A DNA stretch of 62,867 nucleotides from Alphaproteobacteria bacterium (GTDB lineage: Bacteria > Pseudomonadota > Alphaproteobacteria > JAJFIK01): assembly GCA_046538635.1 (NCBI GenBank), contig JBKHIN010000001.1, forward strand, positions 1 to 62,867, written 5' to 3'. The notes under the pieces are model-generated. The model was given only the letters and a program-made list of their open reading frames with translations. It was not told the origin of the DNA and did not search any database. Shown one piece after another: positions 30,344 through 39,748 of this stretch (the stretch's first letter is position 1; every line of letters starts with the position of its first letter). The position numbers were made by a program, and so were the translations under genes.

Positions 30344-30934
30344 TCAGGGACCGCCGACCGAGTCCAACCAGTTCGGCAAAGTCCAATCGGGCGGGATAAT
30401 CGCCCGCAATCCGGCCAGCCGGCGCACTTCGGCTGCAAGGCCCCCAGCATGCCGACCCGGATTGATACCAGCATGTACCACATTTTGGCCACCGATTGCC
30501 AAATTCAATTCCCCAATTTCGAAGGGAGCCGCAACCAGAACACGAGCCCGGCCCCGTCTCGCCGCCGCAAACAATTTTTCCCTGCCGTCGCTTGCGCCAT
30601 CCGCCGCCTCTATCAGAACTGCGATCCGGCCCGCGCGGAGAGCCGCATCCAGCTTGGTGAAGCCGCTGACGAGCGCGCCCGCACGCCGGGCCAGCCCCAG
30701 GCGCTCGAGCACCCGGCGGGCCAGCAGCCCGTCGACAGCATCCGGCAGGCCTTCCGGCACTTTGACCGGCCGGCGCAGCGCGCGCGCGAACAGATTCTTC
30801 GCCGCTGCCTTTTCGATCACGTCGCGGCGGCACAGCAACCAGACGCCCCGGCCCGGCAGGCGGGCCCGAATGTCGGGCACCAGGGTACCGTCCGGACCGG
30901 CGACGAAGCGTACAAGATCGCCCACGGGCCGCAC
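30344..30934 (-). CDS. YlxR(DUF448)/L7Ae-like fusion RNA-binding protein; true start probably upstream of 30934
   Basis: VRFV...LPGRGVWL (YlxR-like) plus LGLARRAGALVSG...AVLIEAADGAS (YlxQ/L7Ae-like), located between nusA and infB. The first canonical start is the GTG at 30934. The frame is open to 31057 and encodes RRCALTRE upstream of that GTG. Confidence 0.8.
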   Translation of the reverse strand: MRPVGDLVRFVAGPDGTLVPDIRARLPGRGVWLLCRRDVIEKAAAKNLFARALRRPVKVPEGLPDAVDGLLARRVLERLGLARRAGALVSGFTKLDAALRAGRIAVLIEAADGASDGREKLFAAARRGRARVLVAAPFEIGELNLAIGGQNVVHAGINPGRHAGGLAAEVRRLAGLRAIIPPDWTLPNWLDSVGGP

Positions 30935-31038
30935 TTCCCGCGTCAGGGCGCAGCGCCGTTCGGTCAGGCGGGCCTTCGGGGTGCCGCAATCAACGGCATT
31001 TCCGCTTGCGCCTTGGGGTCTCTGGTCGGCATGAACGG

Positions 31039-32748
31039 TCAGGCGCCACCTCCCGAATTATCCACGGGAAGCACCCTGGGCGGACGCTTCCGGAACACTT
31101 CTTCGGCGGTCGGTTCCGGCTCCTCAGCGGATTCCGCCTCCTCTTCTTCCTCGGGCTCCTCCTCCCGCTCAAGATCGGCCGGATCAACCCAGCCTGCCGC
31201 GACCCGCGCTTGCATGATCAAATGGTTGGCCTCGTCCGCGGAAAGGTCGAACTGTTCCAGAAACCCGTCCATGTGCTTCTTCTCGCCCTCGACAACCTCG
31301 TTCCACCCCACGAGATCGTCGGTAGCGCAGCCGGCGAAATCCTCGATCGTCTTCACGTCGTTTTCGCCCAGCGCCACAAGCATGGCCGGTGTGAGCCCTT
31401 CCAGTTCCGCAAGTTCGTCCGCGACGCCCAGTTCCCGGCGGCGTTCGGTCAATTCGGCATTGCGGGCATCGAGATGATCACGCGCCCGGTTCTGCAGTTC
31501 TTCAGCGGTCTCCTCGTCGAACCCCTCGATATCCACAAGTTCGTCGAGTTCGACGAACGCGACTTCCTCGATGGACTCGAAGCCTTCCGAGGTGAGCAGT
31601 TGCGCCATCATCTCGTCCACGTCCAGCGCTTCCATGAACATGCTGGTCCGCTGACGGAACTCTTCCTGACGGCGTTCGGATTCCTCCGCCTCCGTCAGAA
31701 TATCGATGTCCCAGCCGGTGAGCTGCGAGGCAAGCCGGACGTTCTGCCCGCGCCGCCCGATGGCGAGCGAAAGCTGATCATCCGGGACCACCACCTCGAT
31801 GCGCTCGGCATCCTCGTCGAGAACGACTTTGGTCACCTCGGCGGGCTGCAGGGCATTGACGATGAAACTCGCGGCATCGGGCGACCACGGAATAATGTCG
31901 ATCTTCTCGCCCTGAAGCTCGTTCACCACCGCCTGAACCCGGCTGCCGCGCATGCCCACGCAGGCGCCCACCGGATCGATGGAGGAATCGTTCGAAAGCA
32001 CGGCAATCTTGGCCCGCGAGCCCGGATCGCGCGCAACGGCCCTCACCTCGATAATACCGTCATAGATCTCGGGCACTTCCTGGGCGAAGAGCCGGGCCAT
32101 GAACTGCGGATGGGTGCGGGAGAGAAAAATCTGCGGACCGCGCTGTTCCCGGCGCACGTCATAGATATAGGCGCGAACCCGGTCGCCAGGCCGGTAGCTT
32201 TCGCGCGGCAGCAGCTCATCGCGCCGGATGATGGCTTCGGCACGGCCCGCCTCCACGCCACCGATCTCTACGATCACATTGCCGTATTCGACGCGCTTGA
32301 CCAGGCCGTTGATGATCTGGCCGCCACGATCCTTGTACTCAAGGTACTGACGTTCGCGCTCGGCATCCCGGACCTTCTGTACAATGACTTGTTTGGCGGT
32401 CTGCGCCATGATCCGCCCAGGATCGAACGGCGGCAGCTGTTCGGCGATGAAATCTCCGATCTCGGCCTCCGGATTGCGCGCCTTGGCGTCCTCCAGGCGA
32501 ACCTGGGTGGATTCATTCTCCACTTCTTCCACCACCTCCATCAGCCGGGACAGGCGGATCTCGCCCGTCTTCTGATCGATCTCCGCCCTGATGTCATTCT
32601 CGGCTCCGTAGCGCGCGCGGGCGGCGCGCTGAATGGCCTCCTGCATGGCCTCGATAACGAGACTGCGGTCGATGGCCTTCTCGCGCGCCAGTGCGTCGGC
32701 CACATGCAAAAGTTCCAGGCGGTTAGCGCCGACAGCGGTCGATGACAT
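31039..32748 (-). CDS. nusA: Transcription termination/antitermination factor NusA
   Basis: 569 aa with S1 and KH domains, C-terminal HhH repeats and an acidic tail. The start overlaps the rimP stop (TAATG). Confidence 0.96.
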   Translation of the reverse strand: MSSTAVGANRLELLHVADALAREKAIDRSLVIEAMQEAIQRAARARYGAENDIRAEIDQKTGEIRLSRLMEVVEEVENESTQVRLEDAKARNPEAEIGDFIAEQLPPFDPGRIMAQTAKQVIVQKVRDAERERQYLEYKDRGGQIINGLVKRVEYGNVIVEIGGVEAGRAEAIIRRDELLPRESYRPGDRVRAYIYDVRREQRGPQIFLSRTHPQFMARLFAQEVPEIYDGIIEVRAVARDPGSRAKIAVLSNDSSIDPVGACVGMRGSRVQAVVNELQGEKIDIIPWSPDAASFIVNALQPAEVTKVVLDEDAERIEVVVPDDQLSLAIGRRGQNVRLASQLTGWDIDILTEAEESERRQEEFRQRTSMFMEALDVDEMMAQLLTSEGFESIEEVAFVELDELVDIEGFDEETAEELQNRARDHLDARNAELTERRRELGVADELAELEGLTPAMLVALGENDVKTIEDFAGCATDDLVGWNEVVEGEKKHMDGFLEQFDLSADEANHLIMQARVAAGWVDPADLEREEEPEEEEEAESAEEPEPTAEEVFRKRPPRVLPVDNSGGGA

Positions 32749-33299
32749 TACTTGTGCTCCGTTTCTGCTTTTGCTGCCTTCTTGCGCCGTTCCTCGGCCT
32801 TGAGGCTGGCGCGGATCAATTCGTCGGTAAGAAGCAATCTGGCTTCGGAAATTTCCGGAAGGTCCAGCCGCTCGATGACCGGCTCCGGCCCCTGTCCGGT
32901 GACCTCCAGCAACACCGTGCTGCCGTCTAGCCCCTTGAGGCGGCCCCGGAAGCGACGGCGGCCGTCGCGCGGCCTCGCCAGCTCGATCTTGGCGTCAAAA
33001 CCGGCAAAGCGCTCGAAATCCTCAGGCCGGACAAGAGGACGGTCGATGCCGGGCGAGGAAACCTCCAGCTCGTATTCCCCCGCAATGGGATCCTCCACAT
33101 CGAGCAGCGCGGACACCGCCCGGCTGACCTCCGCACAATCTTCGACATCCATGCTCCCGTCCGGCCGCTCCGCCATGATCTGCAGCACCGGCCGGGTGCG
33201 TGCGCCCGTGTAACGGACCCGAACGAGATCGTATCCCATCGCCCGCACGGAAGGTTCCAGTAAATCGTACAGGTGGCGGCCGAATTCATCCGTATGCAT
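32748..33299 (-). CDS. rimP: Ribosome maturation factor RimP
   Basis: 183 aa with YELEVSSPGIDRPL motif, upstream of nusA. Confidence 0.92.
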   Translation of the reverse strand: MHTDEFGRHLYDLLEPSVRAMGYDLVRVRYTGARTRPVLQIMAERPDGSMDVEDCAEVSRAVSALLDVEDPIAGEYELEVSSPGIDRPLVRPEDFERFAGFDAKIELARPRDGRRRFRGRLKGLDGSTVLLEVTGQGPEPVIERLDLPEISEARLLLTDELIRASLKAEERRKKAAKAETEHK

Positions 33300-33435
33300 A
33301 TCGAGTGGTCGTCAGGTCGCGGGACGGCAAACGCCGTCCGGTTCAGGTCAAAAAAAACGGCGGGCCGCAGCCCACCGCAACGTCTGTTCCGGTCCTGCGG
33401 GCCAGGCGGTCAACCCGGCCACGAGGTATACGCGG

Positions 33436-33463
33436 AATATAATCGCGTCTCGTAAGGGGTCAA
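33436..33463 (-). promoter_or_regulatory. Candidate sigma-70-type promoter for rimP-nusA-infB
   Basis: Minus-strand TTGACC-16 nt-TATATT in an AT-richer patch, about 135 nt upstream of the rimP ATG. Confidence 0.4.
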
Positions 33464-33491
33464 TAGCAAAACGCCACCGCCGGGGCTCGCA

Positions 33492-34253
33492 TCAGTAACG
33501 CAGGAAACGCAGGTAGGTTGGGGTGCGCCCATCGCGGACAGCCTTCGCCTCGTAGCGGGTCGGCGGCCAGTCAGGCGGCCGCTCGCGCCAGTCCGCGGGC
33601 CGTTCCGCCGTCCATTCGAAGCCGCCGTGCCGGACCACATGCTCCAGCGTCCAGCGCACATAGGAGGGAATATCGCTGGCGAAACGGAATTCGCCGCCGG
33701 GCCTCAGGAGCCGGGCAAATTCATCGAGGGTTTCCTGCTGGACGAAGCGGCGTTTGTGGTGACGCTTCTTGGGCCAGGGATCGGGAAAGAGCAGAAAGAT
33801 GCGCGACAGGCTGCCGGGCGGCAGCCAGGTGAGCAAACGCCTTGCGTCCCCGTCGAACAGCCGGATGTTCTCGAGCCTTTTCTCGTCGATGCGCGCCAGC
33901 GCCTTGGCCATGCCCTGAACGAAGGGTTCGCAGCCGATAATCCCGGCGGCGGGATGGGTCTCGGCCTGCGCGCACATATGCTCGCCTGCGCCGAAGCCGA
34001 TCTCGAGCCACACGGCCGCCGGCGTATGGCCACCAAACAGGGCAGCAATGTCGAGATGTTCGCCCGGCTCCGGCTCCGGAACCCGCAGTTGGGGGAGAAG
34101 CGTCTCCAGCAACCTCTTCTGGCCGGGACGCAGGCGCTTGCCGTGCCGCCGCCCCCAGAGACGGTCGAGGCCCTCGCGGGCGGGAAGCGTGCGGGCGCGC
34201 TTCCTGTCCTCCGTGCCGGTCACCGGATCAGGAAAAGGCCCGTTTGAGGTCAT
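33492..34253 (-). CDS. trmB: tRNA (guanine46-N7)-methyltransferase
   Basis: 253 aa with [10 protein letters not shown] and [14 protein letters not shown] motifs. Confidence 0.93.
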   Translation of the reverse strand: MTSNGPFPDPVTGTEDRKRARTLPAREGLDRLWGRRHGKRLRPGQKRLLETLLPQLRVPEPEPGEHLDIAALFGGHTPAAVWLEIGFGAGEHMCAQAETHPAAGIIGCEPFVQGMAKALARIDEKRLENIRLFDGDARRLLTWLPPGSLSRIFLLFPDPWPKKRHHKRRFVQQETLDEFARLLRPGGEFRFASDIPSYVRWTLEHVVRHGGFEWTAERPADWRERPPDWPPTRYEAKAVRDGRTPTYLRFLRY

Positions 34254-35397
34254 CCACGAGATCGCGGCGTTCCCAGGAAAACCCGCCGTCCGCGTCGGGC
34301 GCGCGGCCGAAATGACCGTATGCTGCGGTGCGCGCGTAAATCGGACGGTTGAGCTTCAGATGCTCGCGGATGCCGCGCGGGCTCAGATCGATCAGTTCGG
34401 GAATGAGTTTTTCCAGCCTCGCCTCCTCCACTTCGCCCGTGCCGTGAAGATCGGCGTAGATGGCGAGCGGCTTCGAAACCCCGATGGCGTAGGCGAGCTG
34501 GATCGTGCATTTGCGCGCGAGGCCAGCCGCCACGATGTTCTTGGCCAGATAACGCGCGGCATAGGCTGCCGAGCGGTCGACCTTCGTGGGGTCCTTTCCG
34601 GAGAATGCGCCGCCACCGTGCGGGGCCGCGCCGCCATAGGTGTCGACGATGATCTTGCGCCCGGTGAGTCCGGCGTCGCCGTCCGGTCCCCCGATCACGA
34701 ACTTGCCCGTGGGATTGACGTAGAATTCCTCGTCCGGACACATCCAGCCGTCCGGTAGGACATTCGCGACATGGGGCCGGACGATTTCGCGGACCTCGTC
34801 CTGGGATACTTTTTCGTCATGCTGGGTGGAGACCACGATGGACGTGCAGCCGACGGGCCGGCCGTCCTTGTAGCGCAGGGTCACCTGGCTCTTGGCGTCG
34901 GGACCCAGATGCGGCGCGGCGCCGGAATGACGCGCTTCCGCCAGGCTCTTGAGAATATTGTGGGCGTAATAAATGGGCGCGGGCATCAATTCGTCCGTCT
35001 CGTCGCAGGCGAAACCGAACATGATGCCCTGGTCTCCTGCGCCTTCGTCCTTGTTGCCCGCGGCGTCGACACCGAGCGCAATGTCGGCCGACTGCTGGTG
35101 CACATAGACATTGACGTCGGCATTGCGCCAGTGAAAGCCGGGCTGCTCGTAACCCATATTGCGCACGGCGGCGCGGGCAGTGTCTTCCAGCAGTTGGGGC
35201 GTCACGCTCTCGGGGCCGCGCACCTCACCGGCCAGCACGATCCGGTTCGTGGTCACCAGCGTTTCCACGGCGACCCGGGAATGGGGATCGGCACTCAGAT
35301 ATTCGTCGACGATGGCATCGGAAATCCGGTCACAGATTTTGTCGGGGTGGCCCTCGGCCACGCTTTCGCTGGTGAACAGATAATCTGATCGGTTCAA
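34228..35397 (-). CDS. metK: S-adenosylmethionine synthetase
   Basis: [21 protein letters not shown] and DTYGG motifs. Start assigned to the TTG at 35397, which is 7 nt after GAAGGAG and gives (M)[10 protein letters not shown], 389 aa. Confidence 0.93.
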   Translation of the reverse strand: MNRSDYLFTSESVAEGHPDKICDRISDAIVDEYLSADPHSRVAVETLVTTNRIVLAGEVRGPESVTPQLLEDTARAAVRNMGYEQPGFHWRNADVNVYVHQQSADIALGVDAAGNKDEGAGDQGIMFGFACDETDELMPAPIYYAHNILKSLAEARHSGAAPHLGPDAKSQVTLRYKDGRPVGCTSIVVSTQHDEKVSQDEVREIVRPHVANVLPDGWMCPDEEFYVNPTGKFVIGGPDGDAGLTGRKIIVDTYGGAAPHGGGAFSGKDPTKVDRSAAYAARYLAKNIVAAGLARKCTIQLAYAIGVSKPLAIYADLHGTGEVEEARLEKLIPELIDLSPRGIREHLKLNRPIYARTAAYGHFGRAPDADGGFSWERRDLVDDLKRAFS

Positions 35398-35646
35398 GGG
35401 AGTGCTCCTTCGGGTGCGGCCTCGACAAACTGCCCGGGCGTCTGCATGCGGGCATATGTGTATGGGCGGGTCCATGCCGGGCCGGCGGCTGCCGGTCCTT
35501 TCCTGCATTCTCGCCCCGGCCGTGGCAGCGCGGGTTCGCGCCTTCCGAGTTGCGACCGTTTGGCAGGGACCGGGCGCAGGTTCTCGCAATCTTTCGCGGG
35601 AGGGTCAAGAGTGGCGATGCGCGGCCCCCCCGGCTGGCAAGCGGGC

Positions 35647-35682
35647 AAGAGAAAGCCCGCATATCCGGATGATACGCGGGCT
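35647..35682 (-). terminator. Rho-independent terminator after the XRE regulator gene
   Basis: Minus strand AGCCCGCGTATC-atccg-GATATGCGGGCT forms a 12-bp stem including one G-U pair. Followed by TTCTCTT. Confidence 0.7.
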
Positions 35683-35718
35683 CAAGCGTCCACGGTTTTG
35701 AACATTATGAATTAGGCC

Positions 35719-36141
35719 TCAATTGGCAGCATGGGCGTGCTCATGGCTGAGTGATTTCACGAGGTCCAGCAGCCGCTTGCGGACATTGGCATCCGCGATG
35801 CGGGTGTAGGACCGGTTCAGTTGAAGGCCCTCGGCGCTGCTGACGAAGTCCATGACGACCGGAGCCGGATCGGCCTCCGAAAAGCCGCCCGAGGCGCCGG
35901 CCTTGTGCTCTTCGGCCATGTCCTCGAAGAAGAACTGGACGGGCACGTCGAGAATCTGGGCGATCTGGTAGAGTCGGCTGGCGCCGATGCGGTTCGCCCC
36001 CTTTTCGTATTTCTGGATCTGCTGGAACGTCAGCCCCAGCATTTCGCCGAGCTTTTCCTGACTCATGCCCACCAGCATCCGCCGCAGCCGCACCCGGCTG
36101 CCCACATGCACATCAACGGGATTTGGAACTTTCTTGGTCAC
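35719..36141 (-). CDS. XRE-family helix-turn-helix transcriptional regulator
   Basis: 140 aa with a GTG start after AGGAAAGGAA. HTH region RLRRMLVGMSQEKLGEMLGLTFQQIQKYEKGANRI. Confidence 0.85.
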   Translation of the reverse strand: MTKKVPNPVDVHVGSRVRLRRMLVGMSQEKLGEMLGLTFQQIQKYEKGANRIGASRLYQIAQILDVPVQFFFEDMAEEHKAGASGGFSEADPAPVVMDFVSSAEGLQLNRSYTRIADANVRKRLLDLVKSLSHEHAHAAN

Positions 36142-36203
36142 CTGCAGCGATTCCTTTCCTGTGTTGCCAATCTTCGCTCTGACGGGGCATGGCGATGACC
36201 GGC

Positions 36204-36228
36204 CCCTGCCGGATCTTCCCTGCCGGAT
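36204..36228. repeat. Tandem 11-nt direct repeat upstream of the XRE regulator gene
   Basis: CCCTGCCGGAT occurs at 36204-36214 and 36218-36228 (14-nt period), 63-87 nt upstream of the GTG start at 36141. Confidence 0.5.
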
Positions 36229-36502
36229 GCCGCCATGAGAACGTCAACCGGGTTTCGCGCGGAGGCTACCTGACCCAGGCAAGAAATACAACCATATCGT
36301 GTTATGGCCCGACGCTTTTGCCTATGAGGGAAATTCACAGACTTCCCCGTGTGCGTCCCCCGCGCCGAAGACCGGAAAGCGGCCTTCGAGAGGACCAAAT
36401 ACCTATTTCCGGCCCTGCCGAATACGATCAGGAATGACCGAAAGAATCAACCACAACTTTCAGTACCGGATAGATTCCCGGTTTAGGCGGTGCATTTAGG
36501 TT

Positions 36503-38191
36503 TCAGGACGCTCCGGAGCGGCGGATTCGCGCTCTTAGCGTGCTGACGAGTTGCGGCCCTGCGAGCCACAGGAAAACGGCCAGCAGCAGCGTTGCGGGCA
36601 CGGCGTCGCCGAGGCGGGCATAGAGTGTCCGCGGCAGGGCTCGCGGCAACTCCGTATCAATGACGCCGATTTCATCGAGCGCCAGCTCCTGCCAGACGCG
36701 GCCATAGGCATCGACCATGCCGGAGATGCCGTTATTGGCGGCCCGGGCCACAGGCAGCCCCTCCTCGATGGCGCGCATGCGCGAGAGCGCGAAATGCTGC
36801 CGCGGCCCGGGCGTGTCGCCATACCAGGCGTCATCGGTGACGTTCACCAGCCACTCCGGCCGCTGCCCCCGGGCCACAACCTTGCCGGGAAAAATCGCCT
36901 CATAGCAGATGAGCGGTCCAAAGGCGGGGCCCCGTGGCGGTGTGATCGTGCGCAGCCCGGGTCCCGGCGTGGTTTCGCCCAGACCCTGTCCGATTTTTTC
37001 CAGCCCGATCAGGGTCAAAATATTCCGGAAGGGCACATATTCGCCGAAGGGAACGAGATGGTGTTTGTCATAGACGGACAACGGCCGGCCCGAATCATCG
37101 AAAACGAAGAACGCATTGTAGCCGCGATAGCCGCGTGACCCGTCGCCGGGCTCGACGCGCAGGGCGCCGGTCAAGAGCAGGCTGTCGCCAATGGCCGCCC
37201 GCAGGTCCGGCAGCTGAGGCTGCGAACCGCGGAATACGTGTGGCACCGCCGCCTCCGGCCAGACCGTGTGCGTGATTTCGGTCTTGCTCCCGCGTCCGCT
37301 CAGGGCCAGTAGCCGGTTCCAGAATTCCTCGCGGCGTTCCGGATTCCACTTTTCCGCCTGCGGAACGCTGGGCTGAACGATGCGGACCATGGCGCCGGGC
37401 ACGGTGTCGCGCCCGTCCGCCGCCAGCCGCCACAGGCCGAATCCCCAGGCGAGCGCCAGTCCGGCGAGGCACAGGGCGGGAAACACGGCGGCCTGCCAGG
37501 GCGCCCGTTCCCTGGACGCAGGCGGATCGCCCAGAACGGCGGGTGAGGCCATCAGCAGAATGGTCAGGAACGTCAGGCCATATGCCCCGAGGAACGCGGC
37601 CAGCTGGGCCACCGGCAGCACGTCCAGCCAGGCATAGGCGGCAAGGTTCCACGGAAACCCGGTAAGCAGATGCCCGCGCAGCCATTCCGCCGCCGTGAAA
37701 CACAGGGCGAGCACCACGATCCTCTGCCAGCCCGCCCGCCAGAGCAGTTTGGAGAGCACGGCCCCCAGGCCCCAGTAGAGCGCCATCCCGGCAGGCAGGA
37801 TGACGACCCCCAGCGGCATCATCCAGGCATGGGCCTGGGCGTCCACCAGGAAGGCGAATCCCACCCAGTAGAGCCCCGCAAGAAAATAGCCGAGGCCGAA
37901 GAGGAAACCGTCGCGGCCCGCCCTCACAAGGCCGGCCCTGCCCTTCGGCAGACCGTCCATGAGCCAGACGAAACAGGTGAAGCTGACCGCGAGCAGGGGA
38001 ATGAGATGATAGGGCGCCAGAGCGAAAGAGGCGGCCCCGCCGGCCGCGAGCGCCACGGCGGCCCGCCGCCAGCCGGAGAGCCCGGAGACCAGTTCCCGGG
38101 CGCGCATGGCGGCGCGGCGCACGGCGAGAATCGCATGCTGCCCGAAACCGGCGGCCGATTTCAGGTGCGCCGTCTGCGCCCGGTCGCTCAT
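36503..38191 (-). CDS. lnt: Apolipoprotein N-acyltransferase
   Basis: 562 aa with multiple N-terminal TM helices and a C-terminal CN-hydrolase domain (ICYEAIFPG). The start overlaps the corC stop (ATGA). Confidence 0.92.
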   Translation of the reverse strand: MSDRAQTAHLKSAAGFGQHAILAVRRAAMRARELVSGLSGWRRAAVALAAGGAASFALAPYHLIPLLAVSFTCFVWLMDGLPKGRAGLVRAGRDGFLFGLGYFLAGLYWVGFAFLVDAQAHAWMMPLGVVILPAGMALYWGLGAVLSKLLWRAGWQRIVVLALCFTAAEWLRGHLLTGFPWNLAAYAWLDVLPVAQLAAFLGAYGLTFLTILLMASPAVLGDPPASRERAPWQAAVFPALCLAGLALAWGFGLWRLAADGRDTVPGAMVRIVQPSVPQAEKWNPERREEFWNRLLALSGRGSKTEITHTVWPEAAVPHVFRGSQPQLPDLRAAIGDSLLLTGALRVEPGDGSRGYRGYNAFFVFDDSGRPLSVYDKHHLVPFGEYVPFRNILTLIGLEKIGQGLGETTPGPGLRTITPPRGPAFGPLICYEAIFPGKVVARGQRPEWLVNVTDDAWYGDTPGPRQHFALSRMRAIEEGLPVARAANNGISGMVDAYGRVWQELALDEIGVIDTELPRALPRTLYARLGDAVPATLLLAVFLWLAGPQLVSTLRARIRRSGAS

Positions 38192-39216
38192 GACGTCTCC
38201 CGATCCCCCCTCGCGCCCGTTTCCGGCGCTTCAGCCTGACTTGCGCCCTGCGGTCCGCCCGGCCGGTTCACCTCTGTCGCACCCTTGCGCCGGCGGATGC
38301 GCATCCGTTTGATGCGCCGCGGGTCCGCGTCCATGACCTCGAACTCGACGCCCGAGTCGCTGACGATTTCGCCTCTCTGCGGCACACGGCCAACAAGGGA
38401 GAACACCAGCCCGCCGAGCGTGTCGATATCGTTGTCCCCCCTTTCGGGCACGAACTCAACGCCCGCCTTGGCCATGAGGTCACCCAGCTCCGCCCGAGCA
38501 TCGGCGATATAGCTGCCATCATCGCACGGAATGATCTCCGGACTTTCCTCAACGTCGTGCTCGTCCTCGATATCGCCCACGATCAGTTCGACCAGATCCT
38601 CGATCGTGACCAGCCCGTCCGTGCCCCCGTATTCGTCGATCACCAGCGCCATATGCACCCGCGTGGTCTGCATCTTCACGAGCAGGTCCGCCGCAGGCAT
38701 CGATGGCGGCACGAACAGGACCTCGCGAACGATACGCGACAGCGAGAACTCGCCGCTCTCAGCCCCGCCGGACGGCGTACCGGCATTGGAGGCAGCGATA
38801 ACCGGCAGAATATCCTTGATATGAACCATACCCACCGGGTCGTCGAGCGTCTCCCGAAAGACGGGAAGACGGGAATGAGCGGCATCGCTGAACGCACACA
38901 CCAGATCGGAGAGAGAAGAGGATGCCTCGACCGCGATGATGTCCGCACGGGGCACCATCGCGTCCTCTACGCGGCGGTGGCGGAAAGCAAGCAGCCGCGA
39001 GAGCATCAACATTTCCTGGCGGCTGAACTCCTTGCTGTGCTCGAGTTCCCTGCCGATCAATTCTTCGACCTGTCCGCCCGGACCGTTGTTACGTCCGGAC
39101 AGCCGCAGCATCGATTGTAAACGCGTCAGAATACCGCCGTCCGATGACGGTTCGTCACTCTCGTCCTTCACCGTGTTCGCCCGCTCGCTTCCGGCGGGCC
39201 AGGTCATTTCAGCCAT
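38188..39216 (-). CDS. corC: CBS-pair/CorC_HlyC domain protein (magnesium/cobalt efflux-associated CorC/YbeX)
   Basis: 342 aa with CBS pairs followed by a transporter-associated C-terminal domain. Position in the ybeZYX-lnt synteny fits. Confidence 0.88.
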   Translation of the reverse strand: MAEMTWPAGSERANTVKDESDEPSSDGGILTRLQSMLRLSGRNNGPGGQVEELIGRELEHSKEFSRQEMLMLSRLLAFRHRRVEDAMVPRADIIAVEASSSLSDLVCAFSDAAHSRLPVFRETLDDPVGMVHIKDILPVIAASNAGTPSGGAESGEFSLSRIVREVLFVPPSMPAADLLVKMQTTRVHMALVIDEYGGTDGLVTIEDLVELIVGDIEDEHDVEESPEIIPCDDGSYIADARAELGDLMAKAGVEFVPERGDNDIDTLGGLVFSLVGRVPQRGEIVSDSGVEFEVMDADPRRIKRMRIRRRKGATEVNRPGGPQGASQAEAPETGARGDRETS

Positions 39217-39748
39217 CGGGGGCCGTTCCCGCCTCCTTTGCCGTGTCCGTCATATAGGGATCGGGTATGCCGAGCCTGCGCAGGATTGCGGTTTCCTCCG
39301 CCTCCATGCGGGCAGCATCCCGTTCTTCCTCGTGATCATAGCCCAGAAGATGCAGAGCGCCATGCACGATCAAATGTGTCATATGGTTCGCGAATGGCTT
39401 CTTTTGAGCCTCCGCCTCCCGCTTCACGGTTTCGAACGCCAGGACCACGTCGCCGAGACAGTGTCCGGGCTCGGGCGGCTTGCCGATGGCCATCGCTATG
39501 GGCGGCGGAAATGCCAGCACATTGGTCGGCTTGTCCTGTCCCCGGTAGCGCCGGTTGAGGCCCCGGACACGGGCATCGTCGCTGAGCACGACGCTCACTT
39601 CCTGATCCATGAAATCCGCGGCGGTGTCCTGAAGCTTCGCCCTTTCGTGTTCGCTGACGGCCGCCACCGCCCGGCCTGCGAGCGTAACGGGATCGTCAAC
39701 CAGGCAGGCCCAGTCCCCCGCCTGAACCTGAATGTCGGCTTCAATCAT
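39209..39748 (-). CDS. ybeY: rRNA maturation endoribonuclease YbeY
   Basis: ATG at 39748 (MIEADIQV). Zinc motif HLIVHGALHLLGYDH. Confidence 0.92.
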   Translation of the reverse strand: MIEADIQVQAGDWACLVDDPVTLAGRAVAAVSEHERAKLQDTAADFMDQEVSVVLSDDARVRGLNRRYRGQDKPTNVLAFPPPIAMAIGKPPEPGHCLGDVVLAFETVKREAEAQKKPFANHMTHLIVHGALHLLGYDHEEERDAARMEAEETAILRRLGIPDPYMTDTAKEAGTAPDG

